From sequence record OP752703.1: a DNA stretch of 24,000 nt; one strand, 5' to 3'. Below, in pieces: positions 7,389 through 15,033 of this stretch. The DNA comes from Stenotrophomonas phage RAS14. Numbering within the stretch: position 1 is the stretch's first letter; each line of letters opens with the position of its first letter. The notes below the pieces were generated by a model. The model saw only the letters and a list, made by a program, of their open reading frames with translations, did not search any database and was not told the DNA's origin. Made by a program: the position numbers and the translations under genes.

Positions 7389-7773
7389 GAGGCATATACC
7401 TTTCAAATTTGGAATCGTAAAGATAACACTTCTTGTTGTTCTTGTCAAATTCAAACTTGGTAGCCTGAATCTTGGCAGCGAACTCACACGATTCATAATC
7501 GCGCTTAGTTGCGTATTTGTCACCGAAGCTGACAGCACCTACCACAGCAAGAGGAATACCTAGAACGACAATATAAGGAATGCAATTTACAAACCCTTTC
7601 TTGAAGTTGTGCCAACTACGACGCAGCGGAGCCATCTTATAGACGTTTAGTTCGTCCTTGACTTCTTTAAGCTCTGCTTTAAGAGCCTTGTTCTGTTCGC
7701 GCAATTCGTAGTTGGTTAGTGCGGAGTCATACGGACGAACGGGACCGCCGCCACCAAAGTCATCTGCCATCAT
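7366..7773 (-). CDS. membrane-anchored hypothetical protein
   Basis: 135-aa ORF with coiled-coil-like N-terminus and one TM segment. Confidence 0.7.
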   Translation of the reverse strand: MMADDFGGGGPVRPYDSALTNYELREQNKALKAELKEVKDELNVYKMAPLRRSWHNFKKGFVNCIPYIVVLGIPLAVVGAVSFGDKYATKRDYESCEFAAKIQATKFEFDKNNKKCYLYDSKFERYMPHGIKNPD

Positions 7774-7922
7774 GGGAGGTCTTCCATTAGTTCGGAACGT
7801 GAAGGGATATAAGGCTTTTCAGCCTCGCGTGGGATATAGACTAGCGCCACATCGCGCTCTACGTCAATATCTTCCTGAGAATCTTCGACAATATCGATAG
7901 CCAACTGCTTAATGCGGGACAT
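7770..7922 (-). CDS. hypothetical protein
   Basis: ORF; likely start MSRIKQLAIDIVED. Confidence 0.55.
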   Translation of the reverse strand: MSRIKQLAIDIVEDSQEDIDVERDVALVYIPREAEKPYIPSRSELMEDLP

Positions 7923-7945
7923 GATTATTACTCTAAGATTTGAAT

Positions 7946-8022
7946 TGGAAGGGGTAGAAGGATTCGAACCTTCGCATGGTAGGATCAAAACCTACTGCCT
8001 TAAACCGCTTGGCTATACCCCT
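7946..8022 (-). tRNA. tRNA-Gln(TTG)
   Basis: GTAGG TTTTGAT CCTAC; AGGGGTA/TACCCCT; CCA encoded. Confidence 0.92.
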
Positions 8023-8048
8023 GAATGAAGTTGTATTATACAGGCTAT

Positions 8049-8255
8049 TTAGTGGATTGTAAAGCCCAATGTCATCATGAATGTGCCAATTGCTACGAAC
8101 ACAAACTGCATGACAGTCTCTTGCTTAGAGCCGCATGGTATCACATGAGCGACACCAGCAGCAATAGACAGAGCGATCATTACATCAGCTATAATTAGCA
8201 GCACGTTCAGGTTTCCCGAATAGCGCCCACCATAGGGCAATGAACCAACCCACAC
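8049..8255 (-). CDS. small membrane protein (start uncertain)
   Basis: ORF overlapping the next gene; hydrophobic. Confidence 0.5.
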   Translation of the reverse strand: MWVGSLPYGGRYSGNLNVLLIIADVMIALSIAAGVAHVIPCGSKQETVMQFVFVAIGTFMMTLGFTIH

Positions 8256-8373
8256 CAGTCCAACCGGCCAGCATTGTTAGAATGAAGATCGCAGGACTGT
8301 TCTTGCAATCACGTACAACTGCAATGATGACGGGTAGGAAGTAAAGGAAGGTGAATGTTAGAAAAGTGAGCAT
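8185..8373 (-). CDS. superinfection-immunity-like membrane protein
   Basis: FLYFLPVIIAVVRDCKNSPAIFILTMLAGWTGVGWFIALWWAL resembles the phage superinfection immunity (Imm-type) family pattern. Confidence 0.75.
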   Translation of the reverse strand: MLTFLTFTFLYFLPVIIAVVRDCKNSPAIFILTMLAGWTGVGWFIALWWALFGKPERAANYS

Positions 8374-8520
8374 TGTTATCGAATATAAATCATAAAAGCT
8401 AGACCCGCTATAATAAGCGCTATAGTGGTTAACTCTTTTTTCAAGTTAACACGGGTGAAATTCCATGTCAATAGTCCCATTATAAAAAGGTAAATGAACA
8501 AAGTTAATAGAATAACCATG

Positions 8521-8670
8521 TTAGAACCTATTGATGATGTATACAATTGTACCAATGATAAGCACAGGAGTCAATAGCAATACACTTACTTTAATTCGAG
8601 GGAATACAGTGACTAAACCGACTATGATCCAGAATGCTGCAAATAGAATAAAGCCAAAGACGACGCCCAT
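8521..8670 (-). CDS. small membrane protein
   Basis: ORF start MGVVFGFILFAAFWI; upstream part of the ORF overlaps tRNA-Met. Confidence 0.55.
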   Translation of the reverse strand: MGVVFGFILFAAFWIIVGLVTVFPRIKVSVLLLTPVLIIGTIVYIINRF

Positions 8671-8687
8671 ATGTTTACCTTTAAATG

Positions 8688-8763
8688 TGGTGGGTCCAGC
8701 AGGACTCGAACCTGCAACCAAGGGATTATGAGTCCCACGCTCTAACCATTGAGCTATAGACCC
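8688..8763 (-). tRNA. tRNA-Met(CAT), elongator type
   Basis: GGGTCTA/TGGACCC acceptor with G1-C72; CTCATAA loop; CCA encoded. Confidence 0.88.
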
Positions 8764-8855
8764 AAATTCGTGCTGGGGCAGTCCCGACCTCACATCCCAG
8801 CAGTTTCGACTTAGTGATATCGTATCATCATCTATCGAAGCTTACCACTTCTTTT

Positions 8856-9110
8856 TTAACGAACGTCTAGAAGTGCGCGACGCTGTTCATCAGTTTCTAC
8901 CCAAATGGACACGTCAACGCGGACGGTATCGTTTAGGTAGGTGTATAGTACATCAAAAACAGGGAATGTCCAGCTTAGATGGCCGAAACGATCACCCTTG
9001 TTGGGGACCGGTACAGCACCGGGGAATGAACGCGAATACACAGCATGTGTGTTTAGACGACGCTTCGTCTCCTTATCATAAGCAAAAACGTTAATTGAAG
9101 TGGTTAGCAT
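8856..9110 (-). CDS. hypothetical protein
   Basis: 84-aa ORF. Confidence 0.65.
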   Translation of the reverse strand: MLTTSINVFAYDKETKRRLNTHAVYSRSFPGAVPVPNKGDRFGHLSWTFPVFDVLYTYLNDTVRVDVSIWVETDEQRRALLDVR

Positions 9111-9171
9111 AGTGTTTCCTTTTAGAGTTCTATTGTACTCTATCTAGAAACACTATGCAAGGGCGAGCCGA

Positions 9172-9438
9172 TTAATACTTTACGCAGTTATCGTACAGTT
9201 CGCCGTTGTTGGCTACTACCACGTACCCATAAGGGGTGGTGTACTTAATTATACCACGGATCAAAACGGTATTGCAAGAAAACATTTGAGAGGGGGAGTA
9301 GTTAGGACGCACTTCCCAATGGGTGGGATACTGCGGAGCATAGGTGCGAGGATAGCCATAGACAGGCTGGTAGTACGGCACTGAGATACAGGCCGATAGG
9401 GAAAGGGCTGTGAGAATTGCTAGAATGATGTTCTTCAT
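9172..9438 (-). CDS. putative lipoprotein
   Basis: Lipobox-like signal MKNIILAILTALSLSACIS. Confidence 0.7.
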   Translation of the reverse strand: MKNIILAILTALSLSACISVPYYQPVYGYPRTYAPQYPTHWEVRPNYSPSQMFSCNTVLIRGIIKYTTPYGYVVVANNGELYDNCVKY

Positions 9439-9767
9439 TCGTCTTCCTTCAATTCATCTAGGAGATTCTTGACTTGGTGCATATCCATGGGTGTGAGAAC
9501 CTGCAAATGCCAGCTATGGCCGGAATCATCAACTACCATGATAGAACCGCTCTGAGTCACGGCATAGGCGTCAACCTGAATGCTGCCCCAGCGACTGGCG
9601 TTAATATCTACGTGCGGTAGATCATTCTTACAGAACCAGCCTGACGGGCGACGAGCGATCATACTTTCGTCAACGAGACTGACGGATTCCACAAAGTGTT
9701 CATTTTCCAGAAGCACATGATGGGTGGACAGCAGCTTGTATAGGGTTTCTAGGTGTTTGATTGACAT
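9435..9767 (-). CDS. hypothetical protein
   Basis: 110-aa ORF, overlaps neighbours by start/stop. Confidence 0.7.
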   Translation of the reverse strand: MSIKHLETLYKLLSTHHVLLENEHFVESVSLVDESMIARRPSGWFCKNDLPHVDINASRWGSIQVDAYAVTQSGSIMVVDDSGHSWHLQVLTPMDMHQVKNLLDELKEDE

Positions 9768-10054
9768 TAGTAATACCAGATGTATTTGCCGGGGTTTTGG
9801 GTGTAGGACTTGTCTCTGTGTCGGGAAGCGTCAGCCATCGGGCTATCCCAACCCAACTTGTCCAGAGTGCGAAGCATATCGCGGAATGCGCTACCAATCA
9901 ACCTCTTACAGACACGCAATTCAACCAGCGGGAGGTTAGTCTTGCGGTTATAGACACGACAGCCATAGAGGCCCTTGCCTAGGTAAGTTACTTTGGTATA
10001 AAGAATGTCGGGGTTCATGGGGCCTATAATAAAGAAAGGGCTGACCGAAGTCAA
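9767..10054 (-). CDS. hypothetical protein (start uncertain, possibly 10018)
   Basis: ORF; MNPDILYTKVTYLGKGLYGCR is a better start because it lies downstream of the promoter. Confidence 0.65.
   Translation of the reverse strand: MTSVSPFFIIGPMNPDILYTKVTYLGKGLYGCRVYNRKTNLPLVELRVCKRLIGSAFRDMLRTLDKLGWDSPMADASRHRDKSYTQNPGKYIWYY
10026..10054 (-). promoter_or_regulatory. sigma70-like promoter TTGACT-N17-TATTAT
   Basis: Reverse complement TTGACTTCGGTCAGCCCTTTCTTTATTAT. Confidence 0.7.
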
Positions 10055-10176
10055 CCCTTTTTCTTGTATCCACTATGGGAATCGTATACTTCTTTGGAGA
10101 CTTCTCTCCAGATTAAACAGTCATCCCATGTGGCTTCTGTAGCAATATAGTATTTCATATATTTTACCACTTTGTT

Positions 10177-10252
10177 TGGCGGGCAAGGTAGGAGTCGAAC
10201 CCACAACCAACGGATTTGGAATCCGCTACTCTGCCAATTGAGCTACATGCCC
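10177..10252 (-). tRNA. tRNA-Trp(CCA)
   Basis: GCGGA TTCCAAA TCCGT; encoded CCA; one acceptor mismatch. Confidence 0.9.
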
Positions 10253-10259
10253 TTAAATT

Positions 10260-10592
10260 TTACTCTTCTACTTCGCTACTGTCACGTGTATTAGTCTGGA
10301 TGTGAATGTCTACATCCTTATCTACCGAAAGTATATTGGCTAACATGATAGCGGTGATAATCAGAACATCAAGCCATGATCCTGCTACAGCAGAAACAAT
10401 GAGTGCGATAAGAAGTAGAGCCATCACTGCATATAGAAAGCGGTTATTGCTAAAAGTATAATCAGATCGACTAACTACGTCAACACATAGAGTGTGGACC
10501 TTCTCACCATTAAGAGACAGATTATCCTCGGATACATCAATATCAATTTCAGTGGTGTCTTCTACGTAAAGCTTCTTTAATAGATTCTTCAT
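10260..10592 (-). CDS. membrane-associated hypothetical protein
   Basis: 110-aa ORF with TM pair. Confidence 0.7.
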   Translation of the reverse strand: MKNLLKKLYVEDTTEIDIDVSEDNLSLNGEKVHTLCVDVVSRSDYTFSNNRFLYAVMALLLIALIVSAVAGSWLDVLIITAIMLANILSVDKDVDIHIQTNTRDSSEVEE

Positions 10593-10612
10593 TTGGTTTT
10601 CCCTTAATTAGA

Positions 10613-10746
10613 AGCCTGTGACAGGACTCGAACCTGCGACCTTTCCTAACAACATCCAGCGATCAACCCGAATGTTAACAACGCGACGTGTACTTAGCCC
10701 GTGTTATAAAGTTTATGGAGCGCTCTCCCAACTGAGCTACATAGGC
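10613..10746 (-). ncRNA. tRNA-like element with ~60-nt insertion at anticodon-arm position
   Basis: GCCTATG/CACAGGC acceptor (one mismatch), canonical D-arm GCTCAGTTGGGAGAGC, T-arm GCAGG TTCGAGT CCTGT; no recognisable 5-bp/7-nt anticodon arm; no encoded CCA. Confidence 0.55.
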
Positions 10747-10851
10747 ATGAATTTTGTTGAGGGGACATTCCTCAGCCAGAGAATTCGGTCACTGACTGTA
10801 TCTTCACGTCCTTTATTGGTTATCCAGATTTAACTGACCTCCCCGAATAAT

Positions 10852-10925
10852 TGTATGACGGAAGGAATCGAACCTTCACCCTCAGCGCTAACTGAGTTTA
10901 CCAGAAGCCTTTCAGCCTATCATAC
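10852..10925 (-). ncRNA. degenerate tRNA-like element
   Basis: GTATGAT/GTCATAC acceptor-like stem and GAAGG TTCGATT CCTTC T-arm; no D stem or 7-nt anticodon arm. Confidence 0.4.
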
Positions 10926-10933
10926 CACGTGTT

Positions 10934-11009
10934 TGGTGCCGGTTGAGGGATTCGAACCCCCGACCTACTGCTTACAAGGCAGTTGCTCTACCAACTGAGC
11001 TAAACCGGC
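10934..11009 (-). tRNA. tRNA-Thr(TGT)
   Basis: GCCGGTT/AACCGGC, ACTGC CTTGTAA GCAGT; CCA encoded. Confidence 0.94.
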
Positions 11010-11015
11010 GAAACT

Positions 11016-11258
11016 TTACTTAACGAATTCGATGATGAACGCTTCGTCACCACCAACAACACCTATTTTATCATCACTGAACACATTGTCAACTCTATCG
11101 ATATTGAAAATGGTCAACTTGTTGAAATGATAGGCTTCAATACTGAGAATGCCATCTTCATCGAAATATGCGCGATCTACCTTATAGACTGCATCAATAT
11201 AGATTACAGTCCCATCCTCGACGCGATCAATCTTTCGCAGTAGACTATTAAGCTCCAT
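11016..11258 (-). CDS. hypothetical protein
   Basis: 80-aa ORF. Confidence 0.65.
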   Translation of the reverse strand: MELNSLLRKIDRVEDGTVIYIDAVYKVDRAYFDEDGILSIEAYHFNKLTIFNIDRVDNVFSDDKIGVVGGDEAFIIEFVK

Positions 11259-11547
11259 TGTTTGCTCCGTTAACCATCAGATCAAACTTGGTAACACGCT
11301 GGAAGATTTCCACTTCGATTGCAGAGCCAAGGTGGTCCTGACAATGAATCAGGCCATTTTCATCGACACTGACAATCTCTTCAATCCAGACGTTACCTAC
11401 ATTACCTTCATCGTCGGTATACTTTACATCAATACCATCATTCTCTTCCGGGTTGTCATCATAGAGAGTAACATCGTAGGGGAAGTTACCATCAACACGG
11501 TGGACGTTATTCTGCATCAGTTCAGCGAGACGTTCAAGAGTGAGCAT
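11248..11547 (-). CDS. hypothetical protein
   Basis: 99-aa ORF. Confidence 0.65.
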   Translation of the reverse strand: MLTLERLAELMQNNVHRVDGNFPYDVTLYDDNPEENDGIDVKYTDDEGNVGNVWIEEIVSVDENGLIHCQDHLGSAIEVEIFQRVTKFDLMVNGANNGA

Positions 11548-11625
11548 TACGATTTCCAGTTGGAGTTAAGTTATAGGGCCATCATAGCACGTCGTTTATT
11601 GACTGACAACCCTAGGGTTTAAATT

Positions 11626-11700
11626 TGGCGGTGTGTACGGGAATCGAACCCGTGCCTCCGGCGTGACAGGCCAGAATTCTAACCGTTAAACTAACGCACC
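11626..11700 (-). tRNA. tRNA-Asp(GTC)
   Basis: CTGGC CTGTCAC GCCGG; CACGGG TTCGATT CCCGTG; CCA encoded. Confidence 0.93.
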
Positions 11701-11886
11701 GTATTTTTATCTGTCGCTTAGTTCGCCGCGCTTAACTCTGCGCGCATCATCCCAGCGATCATAGAAATCAAGTCCTACAAATAACGCTACAATACCTAAA
11801 ACAATAAGAGCGCTTGGTACATGAATATACATGACTTTATTTCCTTTTTCAACCCCGCACTTTACAAGTGGCGGATCACTTAGAAT

Positions 11887-11963
11887 TGGTCCGGACGGCA
11901 GGACTCGAACCTGCGACCCTCTGCTCCCAAAGCAGATGCGCTACCAGACTGCGCTACACCCGG
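11887..11963 (-). tRNA. tRNA-Pro(TGG)
   Basis: TCTGC TTTGGGA GCAGA; CCGGGTG/CGTCCGG; A CCA encoded. Confidence 0.93.
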
Positions 11964-11974
11964 ATAATGTGAAT

Positions 11975-12065
11975 GACCTGAGTCAGGACGGCTGGATTCG
12001 AACCAGCGGCTTCTTCCGTCCAAGGGAAGCACTCTACCAGACTGAGCTACACCCTGACTCAGGTC
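11975..12065 (-). tRNA. second Pro(TGG)-type tRNA embedded in a 13-bp perfect inverted repeat; no encoded CCA
   Basis: Body 11983..12056: CAGGGTG..CTTCC CTTGGAC GGAAG..GCTGG TTCGAAT CCAGC..CGTCCTG; flanks GACCTGAGTCAGG/CCTGACTCAGGTC extend the acceptor. Confidence 0.75.
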
Positions 12066-12088
12066 ACTCTTAAAACTTAGACTACTAT

Positions 12089-12328
12089 TTAGTAGCGGTA
12101 ATTCTTGCTGTAATATTTCTGTGCATTAGACAGACTTAGCAGTCCAGTTCCAACAAAGAATACAAGCAATCCCCACAATTTGTTCTGCCACAGTAGGCTT
12201 AGGAAACCTACGGGAAGAAATATACCAAAAACGATGATGGAATGCAACACATCCATTACGAAAGTGAACTTCTTTCCTTGTTCACTATACAGCCATTTTT
12301 CAATGGCCTTGATTGATTTAACGATCAT
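12089..12328 (-). CDS. small membrane protein
   Basis: Start MIVKSIKAIEKW; TM-like segments. Confidence 0.65.
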   Translation of the reverse strand: MIVKSIKAIEKWLYSEQGKKFTFVMDVLHSIIVFGIFLPVGFLSLLWQNKLWGLLVFFVGTGLLSLSNAQKYYSKNYRY

Positions 12329-12591
12329 CAGATTCCCATTAGATCGACAGGTTGAGGGGTCATACACCAGACACGTAGTTTAAACTGTTTGCCTGCAACT
12401 TGCAAGAGGACTAGCTGCTTGTTGCTGGTGATAATCGAATCAGCATTAAGGTGAATCCACTCAGCCGCATCAGAAGGAGTATACCTGATCGAATATCCAT
12501 TCTCAATATTAGCAATAGTAACATAGAACACGTCAGGGGACAACCCGATCAGTGACTTGTTCAAATCTTTAATGTGAGAGAAAGAGTTCAT
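12328..12591 (-). CDS. hypothetical protein
   Basis: 87-aa ORF. Confidence 0.65.
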   Translation of the reverse strand: MNSFSHIKDLNKSLIGLSPDVFYVTIANIENGYSIRYTPSDAAEWIHLNADSIITSNKQLVLLQVAGKQFKLRVWCMTPQPVDLMGI

Positions 12592-12854
12592 GACAGGGCT
12601 TCAATACCGATTTGGGTCATCTGAACACGATGGAAAGTTAATGTGAACTTCGTTCCAGCGGCATTACGCATAACAATCGCTTTCTGATCGACCTGCACCA
12701 CTTCCCACGTATACATCCCGAGGAAACAGAGTGCTTCATTGCTGTTCATATCGGCAGAATTGCCACTTGTCTGTGTATAGACTCGCACAATATCACCGCA
12801 AGCAAGGCGGGCAATTACGTTCTTAACATCACTTACGGTAGGCAGCAGACTCAT
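12588..12854 (-). CDS. hypothetical protein
   Basis: 88-aa ORF overlapping its neighbours by 4 nt. Confidence 0.7.
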   Translation of the reverse strand: MSLLPTVSDVKNVIARLACGDIVRVYTQTSGNSADMNSNEALCFLGMYTWEVVQVDQKAIVMRNAAGTKFTLTFHRVQMTQIGIEALS

Positions 12855-13048
12855 GGAGTTAATTCCTGTTCGTTAGAGGGGCCAGTGTATTCTGGTTCAT
12901 CTTCAATGTCAATCCCTGACTGTAGAGCTTTCTGTACTTCCTTATTTCGCTCTTCGACTCGCTTCATGAAACGTGCAACAAAGGGATCAACGGACTTCAA
13001 ATGCGTAACCTTCCTGAGTAGTATAATAGATTTCACGAACTCCTGCAA
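12851..13048 (-). CDS. hypothetical protein
   Basis: 65-aa ORF, 4-nt overlap with neighbour. Confidence 0.65.
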   Translation of the reverse strand: MQEFVKSIILLRKVTHLKSVDPFVARFMKRVEERNKEVQKALQSGIDIEDEPEYTGPSNEQELTP

Positions 13049-13394
13049 GCTTTAGTGCAGCGGTACAGCTAACACAGGGCTTACAGTTGGCAATGACGCC
13101 ATGCTTGTCTTCACGATAGATGTAAATCTCAGCGTTGCTCAGATCAATCTTACCAGAGTTAATGAGAGCGCTTACCTCAGCATGTAGCTTGGCATTAGGG
13201 CAATGGTAGTTGTTCTGCTGGTCGAGCCGAGCCTGTAGCGGATGCGTCTTGGCCTTATTAAAGCCGCGACTCACTACGTAGTTCCCAAGCACAATTACAG
13301 CACCGATATGGGCCTTGGCATGGGTGGACTTCTTGGCTTCGCGCTTGGCTTGCTTGAACCAGCGCATTTCACGGGTAGTGGGAATATAAGACAT
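12987..13394 (-). CDS. cytidine/deoxycytidylate deaminase-like zinc enzyme
   Basis: GAVIV..HAEVSAL..CKPCVSCTAALKLAGVREIYY matches the HAE/PCxxC deaminase signature. Confidence 0.82.
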   Translation of the reverse strand: MSYIPTTREMRWFKQAKREAKKSTHAKAHIGAVIVLGNYVVSRGFNKAKTHPLQARLDQQNNYHCPNAKLHAEVSALINSGKIDLSNAEIYIYREDKHGVIANCKPCVSCTAALKLAGVREIYYTTQEGYAFEVR

Positions 13395-14071
13395 TACTTC
13401 ACAGCTTGGTTAGTGGGGTTACCGAGGTCAGAGACTCGGGAAGAGTCAGCAGTACCACCGGCAGACCAAGTATACACCTGTCCGTGCTTGTCCTGCAAGA
13501 AGAATTTAACTTCTGCATCATAGACACGGCCATTCACAGTTGCACGCCAAGTCTTAGGCGGAGCATATGCGGCTCTCACATCTTGCACCATCATAAAGAG
13601 CGTCATAACCCCTACAATGAGGTAGCACACACCAGTAGATAGGAAACCTGCTGGGGTAGCACCAAAGACGCGGAGAGGCATCCATGCAAAGACGATACCG
13701 CCAATGGCGAAGAAGAAGAGGTAACCGAACCAGAATTTAATACCAAGTGAACGGTGATTCTTGCCGTAGTCTTCCCAATTCGACAGAACGGAGTAGGGAA
13801 CGTCACACTTACTGTTAGAGTTATCACGCGACTGGTGGAAGCTCTTGTTATCGCCTTCAATGTACCAACAACTGGTAGTGTTAAAGCGATTCTGGTCACG
13901 TGCCTCAACCCAATGTACGTTGTAAGTACTAGGGGAGTTCATCCATAGCTTGTTGTTAGCAGCGGATGCGTAATCTTTGAGCATTCCTCCGAAGACAATA
14001 ATGACTGCGATAAAGAAGATCGCGGACAGAATGTTAAGGAAGGTATTGATTAGTCGAGTGATGATATCCAT
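13394..14071 (-). CDS. membrane protein, hypothetical
   Basis: 225-aa ORF with multiple TM-like segments. Confidence 0.8.
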   Translation of the reverse strand: MDIITRLINTFLNILSAIFFIAVIIVFGGMLKDYASAANNKLWMNSPSTYNVHWVEARDQNRFNTTSCWYIEGDNKSFHQSRDNSNSKCDVPYSVLSNWEDYGKNHRSLGIKFWFGYLFFFAIGGIVFAWMPLRVFGATPAGFLSTGVCYLIVGVMTLFMMVQDVRAAYAPPKTWRATVNGRVYDAEVKFFLQDKHGQVYTWSAGGTADSSRVSDLGNPTNQAVK

Positions 14072-14103
14072 AGGGATACTCTAGCAGAGTTGAAGGGAAA
14101 AGA

Positions 14104-14125
14104 AAAGGGGCCATAAGGCCCCTTT
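14104..14125. terminator. bidirectional Rho-independent terminator
   Basis: AAAGGGGCC-ATAA-GGCCCCTTT flanked by T-rich tract on the minus strand. Confidence 0.8.
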
Positions 14126-14210
14126 CTAGGATGATGGTAGGTTTCAGTTCAGAAAGAGTATTAACCTACGAAAGCCTCTTCCCTAGTTCAGCGAACTGAA
14201 CATCTGCGTT

Positions 14211-14285
14211 TGGTACACCTAGAGGGTTTCGATCCCTCTTCTGCTGGGTGAAAACCAGCGATCCTAGCCACTAGACGATAGGTGC
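14211..14285 (-). tRNA. tRNA-Glu(TTC)
   Basis: GCTGG TTTTCAC CCAGC; GCACCTA/TAGGTGT; CCA encoded. Confidence 0.92.
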
Positions 14286-14367
14286 ATAATTGTTCATGAG
14301 TCTACTGTAGGTCATCCATGATGATGATTGTATCCTACTAGTCGGTGGTTTGCAACACCGTCACTAT

Positions 14368-14422
14368 TGGTTGCGAGTCTCTAGAGTACCGACCCCGCAT
14401 GAAGGGGAAGGCTGCACTCGCG
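14368..14422 (-). ncRNA. 55-nt fMet-like mini tRNA element (CAT loop, C1:A72, CCA), no D or T arm
   Basis: CGCGAGT..CCCC TTCATGC GGGG..ACTCGCA A CCA. Confidence 0.55.
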
Positions 14423-14441
14423 TTTACATTGCAATGCTAAT

Positions 14442-14515
14442 TGGTTGCGAGGGAGAGAGTCGAACTCTCAATTCAGGGGTATGAACCCCGCGTGATGCCA
14501 TTTCACTACCTCGCG
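14442..14515 (-). tRNA. initiator tRNA-fMet(CAT)
   Basis: CGCGAGG/CCTCGCA acceptor with C1:A72 mismatch, CGGGG TTCATAC CCCTG, A CCA. Confidence 0.85.
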
Positions 14516-14556
14516 TCATTTGGTGATACTTAAGAAGTGTCCTGTAAGTCGCATCA

Positions 14557-14586
14557 ATCTTACAGTAAGTCATATTAGGCTGTCAA
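14557..14586 (-). promoter_or_regulatory. sigma70-like promoter TTGACA-N18-TAAGAT
   Basis: Reverse complement TTGACAGCCTAATATGACTTACTGTAAGAT upstream of tRNA-fMet. Confidence 0.65.
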
Positions 14587-14685
14587 CCCCTTCCCTCAGT
14601 GCTTTTCAGCTCACCCCACATTCCGTTAGGAAGGCACTAAAAATGCAGGTTAATCAATAACTCTTCACTTACTGATCTAAAACAT

Positions 14686-14761
14686 GGTGGGGCAAGTAGG
14701 ACTCGAACCTACATCTGCTGCTTTTCAGGCAGCCGCTAAGATCTCATCAGCTATTGCCCCT
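14686..14761 (-). tRNA. tRNA-Phe(GAA)
   Basis: GCTGC CTGAAAA GCAGC; CCA encoded. Confidence 0.92.
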
Positions 14762-14902
14762 CGTTGAAATGGAGAAACTTTCCCGGCTGCGATCCCTAGT
14801 CTATCAGTTCAGCAGTAGTTCCGAGCAATTCCTGGATGCCCCCAAACAATATTGTACGGATATTGTAAGGTTTCTCATTGGTGCCGTCATTCATTTCACG
14901 TT

Positions 14903-14987
<85 letters not shown>

Positions 14988-15033
14988 GTAAAATTGTAGT
15001 TCTTTATTTATACAGTAATTATTCCACTGTCAT

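Noticed and set aside
10613-10746. Ordinary intron-containing tRNA
   Set aside because: The 5' CTCCA and 3' AGGAA flanks do not form a proper anticodon stem, and the insertion is too short for a typical self-splicing intron.
10618-10833. Plus-strand ORFs beginning MTGLEPAT.. and similar (also 3662, 11831, 18323, 23413)
   Set aside because: These translate antisense tRNA genes (T-arm GGTTCGAATCC gives GLEPA/GSNR/GFEP-type peptides), a well-known annotation artefact.
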